DNA of 64,000 nucleotides from contig CM022670.1 of assembly GCA_012295275.1 (NCBI GenBank), positions 24,986,001-25,050,000 on the forward strand, written 5' to 3'. Every line of letters begins with the position of its first letter. Within the stretch, counting starts at the first letter, position 1. Made by a program: the position numbers and the translations under genes. The notes under the pieces were generated by a model. It had not been told where the DNA came from. It saw nothing but the letters and a program-made list of their open reading frames with translations, and made no database searches. This DNA comes from Chrysomallon squamiferum. Taxonomy: Eukaryota; Animalia; Mollusca. Shown here piece by piece: positions 48,301 to 61,092 of the stretch.

Positions 48301-50682
48301 TGCTAAAAATGTCTGATTAAAACAAGTAATAGTCTACAAATACTTAATGATAATATTTACCTGTCCTGTCAGGCCAGCTCTGGTTGTGGTAAAATTAATT
48401 TCAGTTATGACAGAAGCAGCGTCTGGTGGGATTTCTGGGTTTGGGTTTCTGGTGGTAAGAAACATTCGAAATTCTTCATTGTAATCTATTGTTTTCTCTC
48501 CAATCTGCACAACGTATCGAGGTCCTGTATGAAAAAGAGAGAATTTAATTAATATTTGCATCAAATACTGATATTGTCAAATAGATTTTTATTCTAAACT
48601 GCAAATATTTCTTGGCAGTGGATTTACCCAAATATTTTGAAATATGTTTTCATTATTTATTTAGAATTGAAAATATATTGAATAAAATTGGATTGGAAAA
48701 TAAATGATCATTTTTCTATGGCATTTGAATCATTGTAAATACATATATATATTACAGCACCTAATTCCAGTCACTGAAAAAAATCACCCAAACTGTCCTT
48801 CTTCCGCTGTCCTCTCTGGATCTTTATAAATAGCTGACACAGATTTGTTTGTGAAGGAGTGAATGTCTACCACAACAAAGAAATGGTGAACTATTTTTAA
48901 ACCATTATTAGCCAAACCAAAATGGGGAAATCCACAAACAGGCAGAGAACTCTCATCATTGGTGGTATTGTCTTGTCAGGCCAGAAAATATCTTATTAAT
49001 TTAGCATATTTATTAACATACCTTGTGCAGTGAGATCTCCTCTCAACAGTGGATAGAGAATGGGTTCTATTCCATCCAACTCCTGAATGATCAAAGTCTT
49101 CCCAAATCTAACAGCCAGTTCAAGAGCAGTGGTGAAATTTGCATCCTGCCGTTTAAAGATTTAAGTAGCTTTTTATTCAGAAAAACATGTTCTCAAAAAA
49201 TATAAAATAGAAATACACAACCAAAAGAAACAGAAACAAAAAACAAACAAAAAACCCTGTAATATTTAGAATAAAGATGAAAAAAAAGAGAAAGGATCAA
49301 ATTACCAGTATCATATATTACCTAGAGTATAAATATTAGTCTAAATTATTAAAGATATGCTTCAAGCAAGTTTTCTTATGCTGGCTGAAATAAAATAAAG
49401 AATTTTATCTGCTGATTTCACATACTAGTGTAAATAAGATATTTACTTGCTGATTTCATACACAGGTGTAAATAAGATATTTACCTGCTGGTTAACAACT
49501 TCAAGGCGACTTTCTTTTAAATGAGTCTTTAGCCACTCAGTTGCTCTTGATGAAGGATCCACTAAAAATGGTCTGAGTGAACTCTACACAGATAAAAAAC
49601 AACAATAAATACAACCATAAACATTTACTACTGATTAGATTAAAAACAATTAAATATGTAAATTCTTTTTTATAAAATTGGTACAAAGTAAGTGGAAGCA
49701 TACACACATCACACACAAACACATATAAAAAATTTGCAGTCTAAAGTTACTGTTAAAAACCTTTTACAAACATTGGATATAGGTTACATATTATTATAAA
49801 AACATATTAAATAAAATAATTCTTCCAGACAAATGACTTGAATCAGATTATATGAATTATTAAATGTTATTACACAAAGAAGTGCTAGGATCAGAACAAA
49901 ACATGAAATACAAATGAGCTACCAATTGAAAAAAAAAAAAAAACTTTTAATACATTTAGAAAAAGATTCTTGAAAAAAAGAATTTAGTGAAAAAGGAAAA
50001 AACATTATAGTTACTGTTTCTATTTTCTATAAATTTTACTGACACAGTGAGACAACACATACCAAAGGAGAATAAATTAATAAAACAGAAACATTTTGTT
50101 GCTATTTTGATGTGTTCTGAATATTAAAGAAATTTATCAGGTTTAAAAATTCAGAACTCTTTTATGAAATGACAGTTTAGTGAGAGAACATCCACAAAAC
50201 AGGCAGAAATTTAAATGCATTTTTTATGAAGAAAAAACAGTGATATTTTTATGTTATATAATATTATGAACATTTTGAAAACTTGATTTATTTTTTCTTC
50301 TAAGCATCCACTGAAAACCAGGTGAAACAGTAGTAAAGTGTTAATACATTAATTAAAACTATTGCAGAAAGCTTTCTGAACACATTTGAAAATGTCTATA
50401 TTTAAAGAAAATGATTTCCTATGTTACTAAAAGATTATTCTTAACATGACTGAATTTTGGTTTAATATAATAATAAAGTGTCTCTTCCATTTGGAATAAA
50501 ACATACCAGTGTTATGTAGAAGATTGTTATTAATGTTATTAAGATATTTTTAAGCTGGTTAAAAAAAATCAATGAATTCTCCACTTTATAAAAAGCATAT
50601 TCACTAATACTTTAGGTAGATCTGAGGTATCAAAATGAAAGGTGTGCCAGAAAAAAAATAAAATAATAAAAAACAAAAATAA

Positions 50683-50725
<43 letters not shown>

Positions 50726-53700
50726 GACTAATTTTTTGAGTGACAGAAAAAAAGCTCAGCAGTTTTGTCAAACTCTATTTATACCATAAAAGAGCCTGGT
50801 CATCCTGATTATAAAAACATAATTTTTTGTTTTTAAAAAACATCCAAAATGCACACAACAACCAAGTGTAGGATTTCAAAAGCACAAGACTGAAGCAGTG
50901 TGGAAAACTTAAAACGATACAAAAATAATTTAACCAAATTATCTCAAATACCCATCATTATCTTCAGTTAATTTTTAACACAAAATCGTTTTAATGAATA
51001 TTCAATTATTATTATTATTATTGTTTTTAAAACACTGAATTTTTTAAATAATTTATTTATTAATGGATTTATTTTTTTTTTTCAAATCACTCATTCCCTA
51101 TACTAATGATGTTTAATGGTAACAATTCCAAGTGGATGAAAAATATTTAAAAAACAATCTCATAGAACCTGAAGCCTTTCATTTTTTGACAGTAAAACTG
51201 AAGTGATATCTATGACTTTAATTTTCCATACTACTTCATAACCTGCTGAACAAAAATCAGTGCATGTGATTTAAAAACATGTGCTGCAGATTCCAGTATG
51301 CATGAAATAAAAAAATTCATGTTAGGGTGCAACCTGAAAACAACATTTTGTTCAGAGCAACATAATTTACTGTTACCAAGCAAAAACCTTATTTTCTTTA
51401 TCCAAGTAATAAATCTTACCCCAACTCGTATGTTATTGATCTAGGATGCAAATGTATTAAAAATAAAAAAATATAAACAATAAAGATAATAATGTATACA
51501 GAAAAAACACACAAACACAGATATATAATTAAAACTAATACATAATTATGACAAAATTAATACAGAAAATAATAATATTACTTTACATATCATTACAGTT
51601 TAAAATGAATTAGTTCCATTAGGAAAAGTCTGGTTAGTTTTATTTATTCATGCAACTAATGGTAATGAAGGTCAGTAATACTAAATAACAAACTATTTCA
51701 GTTATCTAATTATATAGTCATGTTGATCTCTCGAATGCAAATCCAGCCTGTTGTATGTAAAGAATGACAGAATGTGTTTCATCACGAATCTGCCAATGCA
51801 CGAATCACAGAAACAATATGTACATGCATTTCAATATACAAAACAATGATTTTAGAAATGACATGCAAAGATATTTCAATATATAAAACATAAAATAGTT
51901 TTACTGTTATTACAACATCACCTAGATAAGCATTATAACTACTCCCTTTACAGCATATAACAAATTTGATAATTAATTAAAACTGAAATTCACGAATGTT
52001 CTGATGTTTCTAAGACCATCACAAGAAAACAAATACTATATCAGAATATTTTTTCTTTCATGTCAGATTTCACTTACAAATGAAATCTCTTAGAAAACAA
52101 ATATTGTATTAAAAAAAAAAGAGAAAAATATCTATTCCCATCAAGTTGAAAATTAAATCAAATAAAGAGATTATTATTTATTAATATGAGTGCCACTCAC
52201 ATACATATATATGTATATTCTTCAACCAGTGATTAAGTCAAATATGCATAAAGTGCCATGTTACCAATTCTGGATAAATAACAATATATATAGTTGTTAA
52301 AAAAAACCTTATATGATATTAATCTGAAAACTAGATGACTGATGACTAATTTTCACAGAAAAAGAAAACTGTATAAACATTACATTTGACCTAAAAATAA
52401 AGTCACAACAAAACAATGACATTCATACACTGTTAAAACATGAGGCCTATGAATGGCCAGGACATATTAAAAGGACAATGTTAAACAGTGAGAACATTCT
52501 CCTAGTTTACCTTTGAGTAAGGATATCCCTGTAAATCAAACAATTTACCATAAGAATACATTCCTTAATAACATCAGAACATGTTATTTACAATCTGCGA
52601 CCTTGAAAACTGCCGAAAGACTGGTCAGATATTAAAACAACAAATATCCCAGATCAGAATCTGAAAATTTTACATGAAATTTTTCAATTTGTTCTTAGTT
52701 ATGAAATTTTAAATACATCTTCCTGACCATGATTCAAATTAACTCATTTTTAAAAAGTAAATAAGATAAAACAAAATAAGTAAAAAGAAACTTAGATAAT
52801 CTAAGCATGTCAGCATACCTGTAGAATAACCAGAGCATTTTCCATAGACAGATCATCAGAAGGCAGCCCCTCGGCTTTCCACATGAGCTGTTCACTCTCT
52901 GTGCTGAGAAAACGCCGCAGGTCAAATCCTTGGACTCCAATCAAATCCATCCAGTTGTTTAGTGATTTCTTACGAATATCTTCTGGTGCACTGGACAAGT
53001 AGGTCACAAATGCTGCAGCTAGAAGTGCTTTTTTTGGTAGTTCTCCTAATTCTGTTGTTAATTCTCCAACCTGAATGTAATTAAGTGACAGACCATTATT
53101 ATATAAATCCAAATTGGAAAATTAAAATGAAATGAAAAAAGAAAAGAAAAAAATGAAGGAAATTAAATAACACAAAAACACAAAGATATTACAAATTAAT
53201 AAATAATTTAAAAATATCTGATGTACTGTTTTGTCAATTAATTTTATATGAATAACATTTGTAAATAAATATATTTTTTTTATTTTTTTCTCACCAATAA
53301 TTTTATTGAGTTAAAGGAAAAGAATCAAGCAGAGTCACATAGCCAAAACAACAAGATAGTAAAAATAATTAATTTTAATTTATTTTTAAAAATCACAAAG
53401 TATTCCATAGTAAGTAATAAAGAATTAAAATATTTATTATATTAACAAGCAATATATTCAGGTTAAAAAAAGAAAAAGCCAAGATAAGGTCACACAGTTT
53501 TTCTTCTTTTGTAGCTGTCCAGCAAATTTTATTTTAAAATACAAATGGCCTTCATTTCATTATGAAGTGGTTAGATCTCATGTAATAACAAAGTATTTTA
53601 TGTCTTTAACTAGTTGTTAAGTTTTGTTCATACCTGTGTGTTCCATCGTTGATATTCACCATCAAGTTTAGAAACAAGAAGTTCTGCTGCTTCTATAGTC

Positions 53701-56700
53701 TCTTTCTCCTTGTCCAGTTTAATCTTCAAAACTGCTGCTTCTTTCGTCAGTGTTTCAAATCGGGTACGTAAATCAGCAACTTTGGTGTCTACTTCACTCA
53801 AAGCTCGGCTCAGCTTGGCCATTCTTGATTCAGCCTTCTCAAGATTTCTTTAAAAAAAAAATATATATATATATAAAAAATTAAATAGTTCCATGCACAG
53901 TTAAAAAAAAAGAAATGACAGAATAATAGAAATAAATAATAACTACAGTATTATATTGCAAGTGTATTTACCATGATGACAAAAATTGTTCCAGTTATTG
54001 CTTTCAGTTAACTTTAGAAAATAACTTACTTTCTCAGCTCTGCTTGTTCCCTTTCCAAAGGTTCTATTTTCTCCAGAACATAAGAATACTTCACATTGGC
54101 ATGTACCCAAGTGGCCAAAGGTTCAGCTATAACAGATGCTCGTCTAGCATTCTTGAAAAATATAAAAACTAGTTAAAAATAATATTAACATATCTTTTAT
54201 GACTTTTTTATTACACTACTTCTCCCCAAACAAAAACATTTTTAAATTTTGTTTTATTAAACTATTTACCATTGATAAATTCTTTCAAAAACAGAAAAAT
54301 GTTGACATAAAGTACCTTTGGCTCAAATGAAGCTTTGTTCTTTTTCAGCAGTTCTTCCACACTTTTTCTGATTTCTGGACTAATTTTTCTTGCATCGAAT
54401 GTCTGAATCTCATCTTTGACACCTCTTTTTGCCAGGAAACTGTAAAATAAAATTTATTTTTTGAAATTATCTTTTAAAAGCATTATTATAAAAGATAAAA
54501 TCTTCCAAAAGATACAAATAATTTAAACATTTTTTGTATTATGTTTATGTTTATATTAAAAAATAGCCCTAAATATATATAATTATAATTTTATTTTTTT
54601 TTTATTTATAAATAACATATTTAATTATATAAGCCAGCAATCTCTAGATATAAAATCAAATTAAACGTTGCATCCGATCATAAAATTATGAAGTTAAAAC
54701 ATTTCCACAAATGGAAATTTGATAATAACAGATTAAAGGAACAGCAAACAAACCTTTTCATGCTGACCCAGGATGTATCAAATATGCCCATGAGTCTGAG
54801 GACACCCTCGAGAATGTCTCTGATGACGTCAGGAGGAGCTCGGAGGGCTCGTATTTCAGACAGAGATTCTGTTTTGATGCTGCCCACAGCCCGGCGAGCC
54901 TCCTGTACAAGTGGCTCTATGTCAGCCATCTCCAAGTCAATGGCTTTCTTCCTCTTCTCCAACTTTGCATTCTCCTCGGCTGCCTGCTGCTTCAGCACTT
55001 CCATCTCATTCCTCTGATCTGTGGCATCCTGTAAATATATATCAACAACAGATTGAAATCTGACGATAAAATTTGATTGGCCTTCATTCCTTTAACTATA
55101 TATTTAATTACATTAAACAACATTCAGAAGCAAAACTTTTTTTTTTCTTGTGTTTTGTTATTTGTTACCTATTTATTAAAAATAAATGAAAATAAATGAA
55201 AATAAAACAAACAAATAAAGAAATATTTTCTGCTACAGTGCAATTGTTTTCTCTCAATAATATCATTGTTACACCAAAAAGAGAACAAATTATTTTATCA
55301 TCTAATTTAAAAGGCTTATGGATAAAACCAAATGTGTTTTACTGTTTAAGTCAAGATAACTCACCTGCATGCTGACTGTGATTTCTCTAAGGGCACTGTC
55401 AGCCTCTGCTTGTTTATCAGCTAACAGCTGGCTCTGTTCTGCAGCCTTACTTTTCAGTTCATCGACCAGGTGTTTTGCATCATTCAGTTTTGACACTCCA
55501 GCCTGAAATAGAGTCAAACAAAATAAGTATTACTCAAATGAAATCACTGTTAAAATGGTTTCCTAAAAATTTAATTTTGCCAGTTGTATACATGCCAACG
55601 CAAAGTATTCTTATGTGCTAGAGAAATTATAACCTCTGGAATGCGAACATGCAGAATTCAAAAGTTAAGTTAGTTATTTATTCATATTTAAAATGTTATT
55701 TTGTAGATTTTATAATTGATATCAAGAATAAACAATATCTATTTTCATGAATAAATATTTATTAAGTTAAATAAATTGGTTCATGAGGAATAAATCCCTG
55801 ATTTAAGAAAAGGGAGGGATTTTCACAAAAGCTGTGGATTTGATACCAAAATAAACTTTAACTGACCAACCCAAAAAATGTATATATATGTATGTATGTG
55901 TATATGTTATATATCTAAATAAATGATATAAGCACCAGCACTAAAACATCAGAATATATTTTGTGAAATATATTAAAAAATCTTTGTCAACATTAGTGTA
56001 TTGTTGTCCAAACTTTGCAGTTATAATTAAAAGCTTAACTACTTTAACTTGCATTGCTGACACCACAAAGAACTTATATAAATATAAAAGGAGTGGGTTT
56101 GCATGATGCATGATCACACAAATATTATTAACCTTCATCTTAATCAATTTGTTTGCTTCACTGACCTGTAAATGATTCTGTCTCTTCTCAATGCTCTCCT
56201 TTTTCAAGTTGTACAGCTGTAGGTAGGTGTGTAGAAACACCATGTATCGCCGGGGAGTTGCATGAACCGGAGAACAAGTTTCATGAACTTGAAGAAAACA
56301 TTTCAGTAGTTCGTCACCACCAGACAGTTTTTTCTTGTGTTTTCTCTCACCTATTGATCCACCCTCAACTCTAGGTGCTCTTGTCAGTAGCATGTGTGGC
56401 ACCTTTGTAAGGAAAATATTTCTGGTAACTAATGCATCAAAACCACAACATTTGAAAGATAAAAAAATTAATTTCAAATGCAAGAGATAAGTTATTCAGT
56501 TAAAATAAAAAAATGAACACATGTCTTCCAATTCAACAAGTTCAAAAAAGAACAAAAAACAGAAAGCCAAATTATAATAACAATAATAAACAATGGAAAA
56601 GCAAACATCACTATTTTCTTCTGATACATCCAGTAAACTTTTTTAAAATGTAAATGTACATCAATACATATCTGTCTTTTGAAGTTGTCATTTGAACAAT

Positions 56701-56905
56701 ATCAATGGTACTGTGTTTACTAATATGATACTTGAGAAGAAAATAACTTACTCGAACCATGCTTTCACGACTCCAGCTATCCAACCACTGGAAAGCACAC
56801 AGTTTGTAGAAAGCTGGATTGCTCTCACAGTTGAGTGTGAAACTTGAATTGGTTGAATCCATTATCAACACAATGTGAAGATTACACTGAATTCCTAAAA
56901 AAAAA

Positions 56906-56941
<36 letters not shown>

Positions 56942-59900
56942 TAAAATAAAATAAACTATGATCAAAACAAATTATATTAGCTCATTAAGTAAATTAAGTT
57001 ATAAATATTACCACCATAATTCAAAATACAAATACCATCAGTTAAATAATCTAAAAAACAAAATTATGATTACTCTACATATCAGTACTAATTTATTAGT
57101 GTTAATTACTTGAAGCAAAATAGTTGGCAAGGGTGCCTCTGAACCCAGCTTCTGACATAGAATCTCTAAGAGGAGTCAAGAGGGGTTCTATTTCCTCTGG
57201 TGAGTAGAGCCCAGGAACCTCTCCAGCAGACAGCAGACTGTTGATTAACTCAAGGAACTGTGGTTCAACCATCTGATGATCCTCCAACAGCAAAACAACC
57301 TGATCACCTTCCACACCTGCCAGCTGCATTACCTGTAACACAGCAGTAACAACTTGTTACAATACATGTTTTAATACTGTAATATAAACATGAATGATAT
57401 CAAGAAACCTGTAGATAAAATTTTCATTTAAAGTAACTTTGCACATCAAGGTAATCGAAATATATGCACTTTTGATCAAAGAATATCTGAAAACTTTATT
57501 TCAAACATTAATGAGATCAAGAAATATGCATAAAAAGTAAATCTGCATATTTTCATATCAAATGTTTAAACTTTTGTAAGCAATTTTCTTTTTTTTTCAT
57601 TAAACATTAACAAATCTCTCATCTTCATATAAATATTCTGTTATTTTCATAAGTCAATTAAAATATTGTAAGAATCATACAATTATTATGAAAAAAAAAC
57701 CTGAAGTTAAATAACAAGGCCTTCTTTTTATCATTATTATTTTTCCCTTACAATCAGTGTTTAATATACTGTGATTTTTCAAATCATTCAAGTGATTCCC
57801 TAAAATGAACTAACAAACCCTTGCTTTAAGATATTAACTTTTTTTTATATCAATTACATTGTTTAATGTACTGACATTTTTCAAATCATTCTTTATTCCT
57901 TGAAGGTTCAACTAACAAGCCCTTGCTTTTAGACATTAACTTTTTATCCTTTTTTTATAACAATCACAAATGCTTAATGTACTGACATTTTTCAGATCAT
58001 TCTTGAACTGCTTCAAGCCATATCCTCGTGACACTTTTGGAGAAAAGGTTTGCATCTGGTGCATGTGTGCCACTATTGTAGCCGCTGTGCGCCGTCCGAC
58101 CCCACTGACGGCCAGCCAGTAACAGCGACCCCCCGGGTCTCGTAAGAACTCTGTCCACTCGGGCCATGTGATCAAGCACCTCTTTGAAAATCAGGATATC
58201 TACATCTCGGTTCTCTCGACCTGAAAAATACACAGACTTCAATTTAACCGCAGTTTCTCTTAAATCACACTGGATTCATCAAACCAATCAGCCTGGCAAT
58301 GTGAGACTTATTTATTTTTAACAATGACCTGAAATTATGTATTTAGATAACCATAAATAAACTGTCGAAAAGCAACTTGTAATAGCAATCCCTACTAATT
58401 CAGTTTTAATTTTCATATGTATATTATTTAAAAATACATGTTTTAAAAAAAAAAAAGAAATCATGTTTATTGACATTAGTTATATGGTTTAGTGAACACA
58501 ACTTCAGCAAATAAATCCATAGTGGATTAATACAATTTTAAACAATACTTTGTCATTATTATCAATTTCTGCTGCTTTATGTTCATTTAATTTTACCATA
58601 AACTGGAATTTGTACTTAAAGCATGTACTGGAATAACTTAATAAGAAATACTTACAGTAGATTTTGATTCCTCTCTCAATGACTGCCTTCAGGTCCTCAG
58701 GGACAAGTTTTCCTAGAGGTTTTCCAAAGAGAGGCAGAGGAGCGCCTGCTGCTGATGATGGTGCTCCTGTTTCTGAACGAGCACCCCACGTCACGAAGTA
58801 CGTGTCTTTAAAAATACAGATAGTTAACAGAGTCACTAACAAGAATTCAGTACTCGTACAGTATCTCTAAATAATAACAGTAATAATTTAAATTAAAAAG
58901 GAAGTATGATTCTAATAAGAATTAAAAAATAATTTAAATTAATAAAAATAAAAGAATAACAACAATTTAAATATTTAATTCTTTAAATAAAAAACAATTA
59001 GTACAAAACTTGTTTGTAATAAAAACAGATAGAAAGCTTTGTTAAGTCAAAAAAATATGTTAAAAATATAAAATAAAGATTATATGTTAGTTTCACACTG
59101 CATTACTTTATCAACTCTCGAATGTCTAAGTATATATATAAAAAAAATAACTCACAGTCAATTTTATCGAAGATGTTGCATGACCAGTCAGCTCGAATGA
59201 CAGACATGAGGAGGTTATCAAACTTGTTTTGTCCATCAGTACCAACAATTCGGTCACGGAAAAGACGTCTTGCTTCATAAGCCCAGATTTCCAGAAGATG
59301 GTCGCTGGTGTTTTCATTCTGCCCTGCATTCAAGTCATATCTCAACAGACCCATAACCCACTTTGTCAGGTCTCGTGGCGTGAACAGGTAGTGACTGTAG
59401 TCGTCAATGGTGAATCGCTGTCTCAACTATAAAATAACACAAACTTTCAGTTTCTGTATCCAGAACATTTAACGAAAAGGTTTTATCTTACATTTCAAGT
59501 TATTTCAGAAAATCCACTGTAAATATATTAAAATGTTTGTGAAAAATCAGACTACATATGAATTACGATGAAATGGTGATTTATTTATTATCTAAGTACA
59601 CATGTGGAATCACACATTCACTCAGAACTTATTATGAATTCCAAAATCTGCTTTCTGATATAACTATCTGTATAGTTTGTCATCAAAATAATAATAATAA
59701 TAATAATAATAATATAAACCCAACAAATTTAAGAATTATGTTCACCTGCTCATAGAAATCAACCATTGAGCTGGCCAGTGCATGCACTTTTGCCAGATTT
59801 CCCCACACTGGGTGATGTGAAAGCTGTCGATGCAGAATTGGCTTCAGATAGGCACCATAAATTGTCTGAAGTTGGTCTTGGTCAGGGTATCTACAACAAT

Positions 59901-61025
59901 TATAAAATACTATTTTACAATACACACAGCAATTCACAATAATTTTATAAACAAAATATTTATAAACAAAGATTTTTGAACATATTATTTTGTGTACAAT
60001 ACTGACATGCATTTAAATACATTTAAAAATTAGGGTATAAGTCAATATTATCTAATTTCAACAATACTAGCACATATTTAAATGTATTTATAAATCTGCA
60101 TATCAGCTAATATTCTTAATGTTCTTTATTGTATCAGCTTATAATTGTAACTGCATTGATTCACAACAGTATACTAAGTGAAATATGATCTACTTTCAAC
60201 AATGATTTCAGATTTATTACAATAAATTCTAATGTTTTTAGCACTGGTTCTTATTTAGACATAAAACATATTCAAAAAAGACTTTATTATAAATGGTCAG
60301 TATATATTAAGCAAACTGATCAAGAAAAAAAAAAAAAAAAAGCAAATCCACACACCTGTAAATTTATTAGGACAGATACAAAATTTCTGCAACTGACATA
60401 GTAATTACTAAATTATATAAGATTTATATTTGCTAATGTTTCAAAAGAGAATAGGATAACAGAAATATATATATTATCATCACTAACACTACAACAGATT
60501 ACTAACATTTGTTAAATTTACACAAGAGAATGTTGGAAGAGGACTAGGAAAACAGAAATATATTTATTATCATCACTAACACTACTTATATTTGTTAAAT
60601 TTACACAAGAGAATGTTGGAAGAGGACTAGGAAAACAGAAATATATTTATTATCATCACTAACACTACTTATATTTGTTAAATTTACACAAGAGAATGTT
60701 GGAAGAGGACTAGGAAAAGAGAAATATTTACTAATGTCACTAACCCTACAACACAGATTCTGACCACTGATGTGAACCGTGTGGTCAGTTCATGTCTCCC
60801 TAGTGTTGTACCACTGTTCATACTGGCAACAATCTGAACATTCTCCAGTCCTACCCACTCCAGATTTGTGTCATAAAATCCTTTGTAGGTCACCACCTGA
60901 AAATAATAAAAATATCCTTTAAAATAATGTTTTAAAAGAGTCTTACAGTTGATTTAATGTCTAGTTTTTTTTAAATCCAACTCAACTTTGCAAAAAAGAC
61001 AAATTGATTTATAATTCACATTTAT

Positions 61026-61092
<67 letters not shown>

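Noticed and set aside
48840-48960. C-box-like ATGATGA on the minus strand of a DYNC2H1 intron (snoRNA?)
   Set aside because: No CTGA D box or terminal stem at a suitable distance.
54688-55017. Plus-strand ORFs antisense to exons (also 3903-4103, 39287-39559, 41635-41817, 58664-58870, 61327-61578)
   Set aside because: Shadow ORFs of real minus-strand coding exons with no independent support.
60459-60728. Regularly spaced repeats as a possible CRISPR array
   Set aside because: Head-to-tail units with no unique spacers, in a eukaryotic intron with no cas genes.
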